Source: Squalus acanthias
Lineage: Eukaryota
Length of the DNA: 64,000 nt
Assembly: GCA_030390025.1 (NCBI GenBank)
Contig: CM059432.1
Location: 15,564,001-15,628,000 of the forward strand
Direction of reading: 5' to 3'
The translations under genes and the position numbers were made by a program. Below, one piece after another: positions 47,531 to 60,353 of this stretch. The notes under the pieces are model-generated. The model saw only the letters and a list, made by a program, of their open reading frames with translations. It did no database searches and was not told the origin of the DNA. Each line of letters begins with the position of its first letter. Position 1 is the stretch's first letter.

Positions 47531-48383
47531 ATAAGTTATCCCCTATGGTGTAGTAGCCCTTTGACACTCACTATCTGGGCTGACATGTGATAAATGATCA
47601 CTTGGACAAGTCAACGGTGCACTATCAAAGTGGAAATTACCTCCCGCACGGAGGGTTCAAGCAGCCAGGATCTGTGAAAAAAGGAAACATTATTAAAGAC
47701 GGAACCGGAACATTAAGAAGGGGCGAGCACGGAGACGACAAAGAGGGAGAAACATTAAACTTCCCACTGAGAGGCAAAAAGGCACTTGGAACAAAGAGAC
47801 AGCCGACTCCAAGATTAAACAGTGATAAAGCAAATAAATGCGAGAGACGTGGCAAAAAGCGAAGGAACTCGAACCGAGGGTGGAAGGCAGATAGACATGA
47901 CAACAAGGAAAAGAAAATAAACAATGTCAAAGTACAACACGTTGGGAACAGAGTCAGAGCAGGAGATATACGGAGGAAATTAAACCAACTTACACAAGAA
48001 GGAAGAGGTTTTAACACAACACAATAGTATTGGATAATGAACACAGATCGAGTTCAGGTTATAAAGGAAGACATTTATATTTAGAAACAAAAATTGCAGA
48101 CTGAACGCTTAAAGTAATACAAACAATAGCTGCTACAATAACAGGGCTACTTTGAAGGAAGTTGTAGGTAAAGTTGCACAGGACAAAAAAGCAGATAAAA
48201 ATGAATTTAAATTGATATATTTAAAATTTAATTGATAGTTACCTTGAAGAAAATGGCTATTTGTTTTTTTAAGTTTCGGTGCTGTTTTGTAGTAAAACAA
48301 GATAACAGAGGTCTCTGATGTATTTTATCAGATAACAAAAATATATACTCAGCCACCACACAATTTGTTCTTATATATATTAT

Positions 48384-49041
48384 GGGATAGAGTTTCCGCT
48401 TTGGGCACAATCGGCGATCCGGGCGCAACTTGCGCTCAAAATTGCGCTAGTTTTAAGAAGTGTTTTTTTCCCCTCAAGTTTCCGCTCAAGCTCATTTGCA
48501 TATCGTCGAACGTTAAAAAAATGTTGCTTTAAAAAATATTGCTTGATGTATTTAAGGGCGATAACTCGGTGCAGTTTGATTAATACAGCGGAAAATGGGT
48601 TTACCACAAAAAATAAGCATTTTAAATCACAGTGTCAATCCACCACCTGTGAGTAACCCGATTTAAAATTTCCGAAAATGAGGTACACTAATCGGTTTCT
48701 CAGCAAATCAAAAGAAAATTATATTTTGAAATGTGCCTATTAGTGTCCTTGCGCCCAAATAAACCATTTTAATTTTGGGAGCCTCCCGAAGGCCCGCAAA
48801 CGGGGCGCAATTAGTCGAAACTCCCAATGGTGATTAATTCATCCTGGGGGCATGGCCAGGTTTGTGGGAGGGGCCGGCTTCTAGCGCGATGTTTTTTAAA
48901 CTAGTGCAAAAGATCGCAGAAAGTCGATTTGCGCTGAACGCAATTTGCGCTTAAAATGCTGCGATCTTTTCCGCCGGTTACGCCGATTTTGGCCGAATTA
49001 CGGTGGAAAAGGCCAGTGCAACCAAGCGGAAACTCTACACC
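48384..49041. mobile_element. MITE with 3-bp TSD (Harbinger-type)
   Basis: TIR GGGATAGAGTTTCCGCTT / AAGCGGAAACTCTACACC and TSD TAT. Related to 59302-60353. Confidence 0.85.
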
Positions 49042-49145
49042 TATATACAATATATATATTCAATTTAATTGCCATAATCCCCCTTATTATTCTGGACGGT
49101 TCTGGTAATAATGGCACTGGTTGTCAGCCACGTTCATTGCATTAA

Positions 49146-51237
49146 CTGAAATAAAAACAGAAAATGCTGGAAACACTCAGCAGGTCAGGCAGCATCTGTG
49201 GAGAGAGAAACAGAGTTAACGTTTCCGGTCAATGACCCTTCGTCAGAACTGGAAAAAGTTAGAGATGGAAGAGATTTTAAGCAAGTGTAGGGGCAGGGAA
49301 AGGGGGGAGACAAAGAAAGAACAAAAGGGAAGGTCTGTGATAGGATGGAAGGCAGGAGAGATTAAAAGACAAAAGGGATGATGGTGCAAGGCAAAAGGAG
49401 ATAGTAATGGGACAAGTTAAGAAACAAAAGATGAGTCTAGATGAGGTGTAAATGGGAAAGGCAGAATCATCAACAGCTGCCATGTGAAGAAAAAAGAAAG
49501 GGGCAGAGGTTATGGTCTGAAAATTGTTGAACTCGATGTTGAGTCCAGAAAGAAGTCCCTCGAGCTTGCTTTGAGCTTTGCTGTAAGAGGCCGAGGACGG
49601 AGAGATCAGAGTGGGTGGCGTGAAGAATTAAAGTGACAGGCGACCGGAAGCTCGGGGGCACGCTTATAGAAACATAGAAACATAGAAGATAGGAGCAGGA
49701 GTAGGCCATTCGGCCCCTCGAGCCTGCTCCGCCATTCGATGAGATCATGGCTGATCATCCAAACTCAGTACCCTGTACCTGCCTTCTCCCCATATCCCTT
49801 GATACCTTTAGCTTTAAGAAATATATCTAACTCATCCTTGAATATATTTAATGACTTCGTCTCAACTACCTTCTGTGGTAGAGAATTCCACAGGTTCACC
49901 ACTCTCTGGGTGAAGAAATTCTTCCTCATTTCTGTCCTAAATGGTTTACCCGTTATCCGTAGATTATGACCCCTGGTTCTGGACTCTCCGACCATCGGGA
50001 ACATTCTTCCTGCATCTAGTTTGTCCAGACCTGTCAGAATTTTATATGTTTCGATGAGATCCCCTCTCATTCTTCTATACTCCAGTGAGTATAAGCCCAA
50101 TCGACCCAATATCTCCTCATATGTCATTCCTGCCATCCCAGGTATCAGCCTTGTGAATCTTCGCTGAACTCCTTCCATGGCAAGAACATCCTTCCTCAGA
50201 TAAGGCGACCAAAACTGCACACAGTACTCAAGGTGTGGTCTCACCAAGGCCCTGTACAACTGCAGCAAGACATCCCTGTTCCTATACTCAAACCCTTTCG
50301 CTATGAAGGCCAACATACCATTTGCTTTCTTCACCGCCTGCTGCACCTGCATGCTTACTTTCAGCGACTGGTGCACAAGGACACCCAGGTCTCGTTGCAC
50401 TTCCCCTTCTCCCAATCTATTGCCATTCAGATAATAGTCTGCCTTTCTGTTTTTGACACCAAAGTGGATAACCTCGCACTTATCCACGTTATATTGCATC
50501 TGCCACGCTTCTGCCCACTCACCCAACCTGTCCAAATCATCCTGGAGTTTCTCGGTATCCTCCTCGCAGCACACACTCCCACCCAGCTTTGTGTTGTCTG
50601 CAAACTTGGAGATATTACATTTAGTTCCCTTATCTAGATCATTAATGTATATTGTGAATAGCTGGGGTCCAAGGACCGATCCCTGCGGTACCCCACCAGT
50701 CACTGCTTGCCACTCGGAAAAAGACCCATTAATTCCTACTCTCTGCTTTCTGTCCGCCAACCAGTTCTCTATCCAAGTCAATACCTTGCCCCCAATCCCA
50801 TGTGCCTTAATTTTACACGCTAATCTCTTATGCGGGACCTTATCGAAAGCCTTTTGAAAGTCCAAATACACCACATCTACTGGTTCTCCCTTATCTATTT
50901 TCCCAGTTACATCCTCAAAAAATTCCAGTAGATTAGTCAAGCACGATTTACCTTTTGTAAATCCATGTTGACTTTGTCCGATCCTGTCACTGTTTTTCAA
51001 GTGCTCAGCTATTACATCCTTTATAATGGACTCTAGCATTTTCCCCACTACCGATGTCAGGCTTACCGGTCTGTAATTCCCCACTTTCTCTCTATGGGCT
51101 GAGCGGAGGTATTCCGCAAAGCAGTCACCCAATCTGCGTTTGGTCTCCCCAGTGTAGAGGAGACCGCACCGTGAGCAGAGAATACAGTATACTAAATTGC
51201 AAGAAGTACAAATAAATCGCTGTTTCACCTGGAAAGT
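49146..51237 (-). mobile_element. Penelope-like element (family 2): GIY-YIG domain plus 3' UTR with hammerhead, split by CR1
   Basis: CTSCNLVYCILCSRCGLLYTGETKRRLGDCFAEYLRS at 51093-51237 continues as PELPVACHFN below 49665. Hammerhead AGTT-CTGACGA..GGTCATTGACC..GAAA-CGTT-AACT at 49214-49250. Confidence 0.88.
49666..51092 (-). mobile_element. Young 5'-truncated CR1 with an uninterrupted RT frame
   Basis: GNYRPVSLTSVVGK..YLDFQKAFD..KFADN (second catalytic Asp changed to Asn)..GYGEKAGTGY*. (CTATGTTT)n tail. Confidence 0.93.
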
Positions 51238-51725
51238 GCTGTTAGGTAGGGAGTTCCAGGATTTTGACCCAGTGACGATGAAGGATCGGTGATATATTTC
51301 TAAGTCAGGATGGTGTGTGACTTGGAGGGGAACTTGCAGGTGATGGTGTTCCCATGCGCCTGCTGCCCTTGTCCTTCTAGGTGGAAGAGGTCGCGGGTTT
51401 GGGAGGTGCTGTCGAAGAAACCTTGGCGAGTTGCTGCAGTGCATCTTGTAGATGGTACACACTGCAGCCACGGTGTGCCGGTGGTGGAGGGAGTGAATGT
51501 TTAAGGTGGTGGATGGGGTGCCAATCAAGCGGGCTGCTTTGTCCTGGATGGTGTCGAGCTTCTTGAGAGTTGTTGGAGCTGCACTCATCCAGGCAAGTGG
51601 AGAGTATTCCATCACACTCCTGACTTGTGCCTTGTAGATGGTGGAAAGGCTTTGGGGAGTCAGGAGGTGAGTCACGCGCCGCAGAATACCCAGCCTCTGA
51701 CCTGCTCTTGTTGCCACAGTATTTA
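51238..51725 (-). mobile_element. Family-B LINE RT C-terminal fragment lacking its tail
   Basis: RAGQRLGILRR..IYKAQVRSVMEY..KSWNSLPNS. Confidence 0.88.
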
Positions 51726-52423
51726 TGAGTGAGGTGAGTGTTACGAATGAAAAGCGTTCACTTCAAAAAAAAATACCCACCAGCAGAAACAGCTGGCCAG
51801 CTGAGGTGAGACCTGGTTGAGGGTGAGATGAACAATATTATGATGGATAAAAGGAAAAATGTTGATAAGTTAGTTTGGCTAAAGGAAAACAAGTCACTTG
51901 AGCTCAACAGATTACATGATAGGTGCTGAGGGTGATGAGAGAGGAAGTTGCTGAGGCTCTAGAAATGATATTTCAGGGCTCTATTTATTCTGGACGTGTG
52001 TTGGAGGGCTGGAGAATGACTGATGGAGTGCCCACCTTTAAAGCTGGATGGAGGTTTGGGAGTCACTTTCTGGCTTTTAAATTTGATGTATTTCTGTACA
52101 GAAGATGCTCTATGATGCTTCTTTTTTCATTCCCGATACTTATACCCTATACATTTAAGGTGCTGCTGCCGACCCTTTATATTTGGCTGTCCTGCCCAGT
52201 TTCCTGCTCCCAGATTAGTGAGCTGCCAATTGGGGAGCGGCACTTGAACCCACAAGCTTCTGATTCACAGGCGTGGGTGCTACCACTAAGTAACTGCTGA
52301 CACCTTAAAAATTTTTTTTTTTTCAATATTAGTACTTTTTAAAATTGTACTGACAGTTTTGCAATAGGTATACATTCATGTTTTATAAGACTTCCATATA
52401 TTGGACAATGGTTGGACCTAACT

Positions 52424-52790
52424 ATCTAGGCTGACGCTCCAGTGCAGTGCCGAGGGAGTGCTGCACTGTCGGAGAGATGTTAAACCAGGTCCCCGTCTGC
52501 CCCCTCAGGTGGACGTAAAAGATCCCATGACACTATTTGAAGAAGAGCAGGGGAGTTCTCCCCGGTGTCCTGGCCAATATTTATCCCTCAATCAACATCA
52601 CTAAAACAGATTATCTGGTCATTATCACATTGCTGTTTGTGGGACCTTGCTGTGTGCAAATTGGCTGCCGCGTTTCCCACATTACAACAGTGACTCCACT
52701 TCAAAAAGTACTTCATTGGCTGTAAAGCGCTTTGGGACGTTCGGTGGTCATGAAAGGCGCTATAGAAATGCAAGTCTTTCTTTCTTTTCT
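52424..52790 (+). mobile_element. Deu-domain SINE, head missing
   Basis: Deu core plus tail AAATGCAAGTCTTTCTTTC. Confidence 0.82.
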
Positions 52791-53599
52791 AACTGCCTCA
52801 ACCTGTTGCAAAATAGACTAAACTGGCATTCCTCCTGGGATGGAATGCCACTGTACAATACAGGCATATTGAAATTTCTCAAATTTAACCCAATTGTTAG
52901 CCTGTTTAAATAATGAACGGGCTGGCGCCTCTGTTAGAACAGGAATTCCCTAGGATTGCGGTAATGGATTCTTATGCTAATATTACACAGTGCAGTTTCA
53001 CCTCACCAATGCCCATGAATCTGACAGTGTCAGAAATAGTTAACTCTTTAATAAAACATCTTTATGTGGGAGGATGAAGCAGACAATTCTGAATTTAAAA
53101 GAACGACTTAATTGTCAAATATGTTACGAACCAACAGTGCAGCAGGGAGATAAGTTGGTTTGTGATGTAGTTTCTGCCTTTGTGCCTTATAATTCATTTG
53201 ATAAGCTTAAATGTGGTTTTAATGCCATTTATATATTACGAAGCGTCAATCATAGTCTTTTTTGTGTGCGAGGAGGGGAGGGGGTGGAAGAATGTTAAGC
53301 CGATCCTTTAATCGCTATTGTCTAAACTTTAAAAGTCCCTTTTCACAATGCACTGAAATGCAGCCACCTCTCTAGTCAGGATATACCACATACCCAGATG
53401 GGATGGGGGTGGGGGTGGAGGCAATCGACAAAACTGGTTGACAAAACTCAACACTTTAACAACAAAAAAATACACAATTTGCAAACGGTTGCTTTATGCT
53501 GCGAATTAAATGATTTTTGTGATAAGTAAAGGGGAGAAAAAAAGTGCAAGAATTGTAACAAAGAGCCAGCGTGTACTACTGATGTTCCCTTTAACTCGA

Positions 53600-53791
53600 G
53601 TGGGGACGCCCAAAGATGCAACATTTGGAAGGGGGGGGGGAAACACAAAAAAAAAGTTTGTGAGGCATTGGGGAGGAGAGGAGAGGACGGCCGGTTACTG
53701 CTGCTGGAGTCACCCTGTGCAGTGACAGTGGAGTGCAGCTTCCCCTTGCGAGCGTGTCAGAGGGGTTCAGCTAGCTCCAGGGACACTGAGA
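53600..53791 (+). promoter_or_regulatory. Putative promoter / 5' UTR of a host gene
   Basis: Non-repetitive, GC- and CpG-enriched stretch directly upstream of a strong-Kozak ATG. No TSS evidence. Confidence 0.4.
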
Positions 53792-53864
53792 ATGGGAGCC
53801 GAGCTGGGGCTGCGGCCGTTCCTGCTGCTTCTCCTGGGCGTCCTGGGAGAGTCCGAGCAGAGAG
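53792..53864 (+). CDS. First coding exon of a secreted or membrane protein (signal peptide MGAELGLRPFLLLLLGVLGESEQR)
   Basis: Kozak context AGA-ATG-G, hydrophobic core FLLLLLGVLG, consensus phase-1 donor GAG|GTGAGT. The next exon was not identified in this window. Confidence 0.7.
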
Positions 53865-54439
53865 GTGAGTGAGCGAACAACTGACCAGAGTATCCATGCA
53901 AAGGTACAGAAAGTGTGTGTGTGTGTGTGAGAGAGAGAGAGAAAGAATGAATACACGTGAGAAACAGAGGTAGGAAAATAAAATCACCCCACAAGAAAGT
54001 TGACGATTTAAAATGTGAGACACACAAAGAATTTTTTAAAAAGTGTGCGTGAGAAAATTCAAAAGTTTGCATGTGCGGCGGGGAGACCCAATAAAAACCC
54101 AGTAAAAACCCAGAGTAGCTCATCTCGCCAAGTGAGACAAAAGCAGCAAATGCTGACAACACACAGGCAAGGCCCGTCAGTGTCTGAACAGATGGGTTCA
54201 CCACCTCTGCTGAGGATTTCTCGCTATTTCTGCTTTCTGTTATGATTTCAGCATTCTTGGCATTTGCAGCCTTTTTCCTGCCCCGGGAATGGTCTGGCAG
54301 GTAGAGTTTGGTGAGAGTTTGATAAAGTTGCTCGCAGCTCCTTGAGAGGCATTCATTCTCCTTATCTCCTGAGGGAGAGAGAGAGAGAGCTGCAGCAGGG
54401 GGTCCCTGAGCAAGTGTGTCTAGATCTGTAGGTGCCTAT

Positions 54440-54622
54440 TTGTAAATGTATACATATATAAATACATACATATACATATATATACGTATGTGTATGTATT
54501 TATATATGAACACGTATCTGTGGGTATGTATATCTTTGTATATATCTGTATTTGTGTATATCTATTTGTGTATAGATATGTATCTGTGTATTTACACATG
54601 TATGTGTATCGATGTATATGTA
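54440..54622. repeat. Imperfect (TA/TG)n microsatellite; also (TG)n(GA)n at 53913-53942
   Basis: Directly visible in the sequence. Confidence 0.9.
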
Positions 54623-56299
54623 TTTATTTGTACATGTGTGTGCGGACCCCACAAAGCACCACAAACCCGTCTCCACACGCCTTCCCTGGGGTTTCTGGAC
54701 AAAGATGAATTTGAAAATATTACTTTTGTTTTCAGTTAAATAACCCGATTTTTTTGTTCGTTGGCCACATTATATGAAGTAAATCCGATGTAAAATTTTC
54801 AAATATGTTGCGGGGGGAAATGTTATCTTCCAACTCGAAAATAAATCAGCAGGACTTTTTTTTAAAGTTTCCCTCAAATATAATAATACAACATGATTGT
54901 ATTTTCCAATAGTTAGTTGTGCTGTTTTTCTGCAGTGTCATTTTTGCTCGGCCCCTTGATGGACATCTCCCCGGTGGGACCTGCAACGGTCAGTCCCACT
55001 CTGTGCGGCCAGAGGAGGCCCGTTTAGACAAGCTTTCCTCGGCATATTCCTGTTCCTTCCTCAGTAATTCGATCCCTTTATTGCCTTTTGGATTCTTGCT
55101 GTCGAGGAAGAATTAAGAACATTTCATTCATCTAAGAAAGTAGCAGAGATCCGGTATCTTTACCTCCCCCCCCAGCCTAAAAAAAATGCCTAGTGCTGTC
55201 AGTGTGTGTGTGTGTCTGATTTTAACACAATCGAAAGTCGTTCACTTTTTGTATTCTTTACAATCCCGTTGCTCACACTGATTTTAAACTAGTCGGCATC
55301 GTCAGCACAAACTTCTGTTCCAAGTTACTAACATTTGCGATGCTATACACCTACTCAACAACAGACTGCCAATCCTCGTCGTTCCACTTTATCACATCTT
55401 CCCACGGGCACATTGCTCTCCAAACCTGATCGGTAGGTGGCCAGAGCATTTACTTTCCAAATACTGCCCTGCAGTTTGTTTGCTTAGGTTGCCTTAAGTT
55501 TACAGAAGAGGACCAAGCTTTAAAAGCTTGCCTTCCAAGCCATGGTTTATTTATGCTAAATAAGTTACTTCATTTTATAAATGTAAGCTCGACTTTTCTT
55601 CACGCAAGCACTAAAGAGAATTGTGGGCTGGCAGGTGAAAAGGACTAGCAGTTGTGTCTTTGTTTTGGCCTTTTAGAACTGACATTTAGATGCGCCAACA
55701 GGCTATGATTCAAATGGTGCAAAACGGTGTTGAATCTTGACTGGCTGCTTCCAATCTCAGTCAGGCTGTTTGGAGAGGGTACAGAGCAAATACGCTGTGT
55801 TTTCCCACAGACGGGAACTGAAATTGTTGGCTGGTTAGAGAGCAGTGTCGGTACACGCCTGGGAGCAGGTCTTAGAATATTGAGGCGCAGCTCATCGTAA
55901 TCAGTGTGAATGCACAAGGAATACCATCAGCAAAGCACAATGCCCCATTTCTTTGGTCCATGGCGCACTCTGTCTCAGGACAGCCCGGAACAATGTCTCA
56001 CGGGTATTGGGCACGAATCAGGTTATGGGGAATTAGATTTGCGTGTTGGCATCCCAGCACAGTTTCTCCAAGTCTTTTAGTACTTCCAGCAATCAACCAT
56101 TGTTACATTCCTGAGACATCTGGCCTCATGACAGCTGCATTAAACTGCACCTTGCTGTTATGGCACAAGTTTTTTTTTAAAAAAGTGCTACAAACCTTTA
56201 TTATTTCTAATCCATGTAGAGTGGAGTGAATAAGATGCAAGAAAGCGATCATCATTGCAGAGAACCATATGAAGACTTTTGCATGGGCTTGAACAGCTG

Positions 56300-58330
56300 C
56301 TTGCATTTATATAGCGCACTCCTCAGGTCGCTTTAGAGTTACAGGAGAACAGACTGAGTGGGAGGGAAGGACAGACTATAGTTAGGGGCAGGGCTGAGAG
56401 TGGTTCAAGAGAAAAGTATTTCCTAGGCTTTTGAAAGCCGGGAGGAAGGAAGTAAGGTGAAGGAGTTTTGGGAGGAAGTTCCTGAGGACAGGGGCATGTT
56501 GGCTGAAAGATCAGCCGCCTGTCATGGAGCGACGAGGATGGGGAGTAAGGAGCTGACCAGTGTCAGGAATGCAGCTTGCAAGCAGAGACCGGGCTGAAGG
56601 AGATCACTGAGGTAGGGTGGGTGAAGCCACAGATATTTGAAGATGAGTACAAGGATCTTGGAACTGATTTGTAAGGACTTGGGAGTCAAAGGAGGACGAG
56701 AAAAAAAGAAAGACTTGCATTTGTATAGCGCCTTTCACGACCACCGAACGTCTCGAAGTGCTTTACAGCCAATGAGGTACTTTTGAAGTGGAGTCACTGT
56801 TGTAATGTGGGAAACGTGGCAGCAAACTCCCACAAACAGCAATGTGATAATGACCAGATAATCTCTTTTTTGTTATGTTGGTTGAGGGATAAATATTGGC
56901 CAGGATACCGGGGATAACTCCCCTGCTCTTCTTCGAAATAGTGCCGTGAGATCTTTTGCATCCACCTGAGAGAGCAGACGGGGCCTCGGTTTAACATCTC
57001 ATCTGAAAGACGGCATCTCAGACAGTGCAGCACTCCCTCAGCACTATACTGGAGTGTCAGCCCAGCTTTATGTGCTCAAGTCCCTGGAGCGGGACTTGAA
57101 CCCACAACCCTTCTGACCTGAGGCAAGTGTGCTACCCACTGAGCCACAGCTGACACTGGGGTGATGGGTTTTGGATGGATAAGGACATGGGTGGTATCAT
57201 TCTGAACGTGTTGCAATTTATGAGCGATGTAAGTGGGGAGGTTGGCTAGGAGACCATTAAAGAAATCAAGCCTTGAGGTGATGAAGACATGAATTTGAGT
57301 CTCAATGACAGCAGAAGAGAGGTAGAAGTGGAGGCAGGCGCTAATGCAAATGTGGAAGAAGGCAGTTTTGCTGAACGAATGGAAGTGATGTATGCTCGGT
57401 TCAGGATCAAGCAACATGTCAAGGTTATGCCAACTGGACTTAGCCTGAGGTGGTAGTCAAGGACGTTGTGGAGTTAAGGACAGAGGCACATAGTTGCTGG
57501 TGGGAACCAAAGAAGGATTGCTTCAGTTTGCTTACATAAAGCTGGAGGAAGTTTTGACTCATCCAAGACTTAACATCAGGCAGGCCGTTGGAGAGCTGAG
57601 CAACAACCATGGAATCAAGCTAGGAGATGGAAAGGTAAAGCTGGGTACCATCAGCATACACATGGAACTTGATTCCATGCTTGAGGATGATGTCACTAAA
57701 GGGAACCAAAACCCGGAGCTGGGGTACACTGGTAGTGACCGTGGACCGTGGAAAAATATAATTGGAGGATATGTGGTGTCTTCACAGGTGTGAATGGGAT
57801 AAAAAAGAAACCAGTGTGATAACGATGCATTGATTGGGGGAGACTTTGGAAGAGGATGTGAAAGGCAGCAGATGTGTTGAGAAACTTGAGGAAGGACCAT
57901 GAGCCACAGTCACAGAGGTTCGGGACAATGCTAGAGAACAGTGATAGTTTGATGATATTGATAAACAAAGGGATGATGGGTGGTTAGATAGTTGGTGGGC
58001 TTCATTGATTGATAAAATGAGCTTCATGGGAGAGATTTGGGAAAAATTATGCAAACAAGGGTGGCATGGAGGCTGATTTGTAAGAGGGAAGAAACAGGGA
58101 CTTGGAGAGGATACGTGTTGGAACTGGGATGGGGCCACAGTCTCCGTGAGGGGGCAAGAATCGCCATTGATAAGTCTCAGTAAGGCTCTGGATGTTGACA
58201 TGTCCCTCTGCAATTAAGTTATAGATGATGAGAAACGTTTACAATTGAGTGGACATTTTAAAGGATAACAAAGGGGAGGGTTACTGGTTTGCCCAATGGG
58301 ATAGTAGGCGGCAGTCTCTATACAATGTAT
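56300..58330 (-). mobile_element. Old L2 LINE remnant interrupted by a Deu SINE
   Basis: IHVFITSRLDFFNGLLANLP..KLQHVQN, a degenerate MYADGTQLY, and an L2 tail near 56300. Confidence 0.7.
56705..57155 (-). mobile_element. Full-length Deu-domain tRNA SINE
   Basis: TGGCTCAGTGGGTAGCAC A box, GGTTCAAGTCC B box, Deu core and tail. Confidence 0.85.
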
Positions 58331-59301
58331 AAGCTGTCGAGCAAGAGTAGTTGTACCCAGCCTTCATTTCGCATTTTATTTTGGGGCTATTTTCTGAGTC
58401 CCTATTGTCAGTGAGGATCCTCGCCTGCTGTCGTTGCATATCGTAAATTCAGGCCCTAGCTGCCCACGATTTTCTGATCTTCCTCATTTATCATCTGCCT
58501 AAACCCCTGGGTTTTCCCTTACTGAAATCTCCTCCTTATCTTCCCTTAGCCTTTGCGCTGTGCAACTTCTTAGTCTCTTTCAGCCTCTGTCTTAACTCGC
58601 CACTTCCTTACGCTCCTCGCTTCCTTTAACTTCACCATCCACATGTATGTCCACCCCCTATGCCTTGTTAATACAAGGGCCCTCAAGACCGTGGAAATCT
58701 CTATCATTAAGAGAGCTCTCAGAAAATGTTGCCATCTGCCTCCTTATACTAATCTCCCTGACAACCCACTGCCCTTTCACTTTTACTTTCTGATGTGTAC
58801 TGTCAGTGAGAGAGCCTCGTGGTCAGCAACACAGATTCATAAAATCGTCTTTTGCTTTCATACTTGTACCTGAAATGTTAAGGACCTCTATCTTCTGCTC
58901 TGTGGTAATCCGATTGATGTCTTTGAGAGTGAAAGGTCTGGCAGGAAGATATGTTGCAGATTTGAACTCTTAACCTTTTGAGTTCCGAATGCCATTTCCT
59001 GCTTTAAGAATTTTGCGTTTTTTGCTATTGAGCATCTGCACGATTAATTTTCTGTAAGTCTTAAAATGAATGATCCAGGCCTCACAATGAATGACCTTAT
59101 CCTTGAGTATCAACTGAAAAATAGCCCCCATATTTCAAGAAACTTGTAAGTGGAGCATAAGATGGTTTTAAATTTACCACATAGTGGTCGTCCTTATGAT
59201 CAAATGATTGAGACTGGGTGCTGAAACATGACATTTGCTTGGCCTTTGTTTTCAGTAGCAGAGTGAGAGATTCTGGGAGCCAAACCTAGGTGAAAAACCT
59301 T

Positions 59302-60353
59302 GGCCTGGAGTTTCCATTCGGTTGCGCTGGTTTTTTCGGTACAATTCGCCCGATATTGGCGTAGCCAGCAGAAAGAATTGCGGAATTTTAAGCACAAATT
59401 GCCTCCAGCGCGACCCGAGTTTCCGCGATCTGTAAAAGTCATTTTCAGTCCTTTAAAATCGGGTTACTCACAGGTGCTGGATTGACACTGTGATTTAAAA
59501 TGCTTATTTGTTATAATCCCATTTTCAGCTGTATTAATAAGAACATAAGAAATAGGAGCAGGAGTCGGCTATTTGGCTCTTCGAGCCTGCTCCGCCATTC
59601 AATAAGATCATGACTGATCTTCTACCTCATCTCCACTTTCCTGAACTATCCCCATATCCCTTGATTCCCTTAATATTCAAAAATCTATCGATCTCTGTCT
59701 TGAATATACTCAATGACTGAGCCTCCACAGCCCTCTGGGATAGAGAATTCCAAAGATTCACCACCCTCTGAGTGAAGAAATTTCTCCTCATCTCAGTCCT
59801 AAATGGCTGACCCCTTATTCTGAGACTGTGACCCCTGGTTCTAGACTCCCCAGCCAGGGGAAACATCCTCCCTGCATCTACCCTGTCAAGCCCTGTAAGA
59901 ATTTTGTATGTTTCAATGAGATTGCCTCTCATTCTTCTAAACTCTAGAGAATATAGACCTAGTCTACTCAATCTCTCCTCATAGGACAATCCCCTCATCC
60001 CAGGAATCAGTCTGATGAACATTCGTTGCACTCCCTCAATGGCAAGTATATTCTTCCTTCGGTAAGGAGACCAAAACTGTGCACAATACTCCAGGTGTGG
60101 TCTCACCAGGGCCCTATTAATCAAACAGCACCAAGTTACCACTTAAATATATCAAGGAATATCTTTGAAAGCAAATTTTTTTTTTTTAAATGACACTTTA
60201 AAACGCTGCCCAATTGCGCTGGTTCATGGCAGCTCTTGCATTTGGCGATATGCAAATGAGTTTGAGTGGAAACGCAGGGGAAAAAACACCTTTCAAAATG
60301 GCAGCAATTTGCGCCAGAATCGGCGCTTGCGCCTGAAGCGGAAACTCTATCCG
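59302..60353. mobile_element. MITE related to 48384-49041 (opposite orientation) with a nested CR1 fragment
   Basis: Ends GGCCTGGAGTTTCC / GGAAACTCTATCCG with flanks CTT/CTT. Internal homology to the reverse complement of 48480-48670. Confidence 0.75.
59539..60114 (-). mobile_element. CR1 3' fragment with 7-bp TSD
   Basis: RALVRPHLEYC..GYGDSSGKWR*. TATTAAT at 59532-59538 and 60115-60121. Confidence 0.9.

Noticed and set aside
47587..48044. 146-aa Lys/Arg-rich and 135-aa hydrophobic ORFs
   Set aside because: They are by-products of strong purine/pyrimidine strand bias, with no recognisable domain.
54446..54739. Tyr/Ile/Cys-rich ORFs
   Set aside because: They are translations of a microsatellite.
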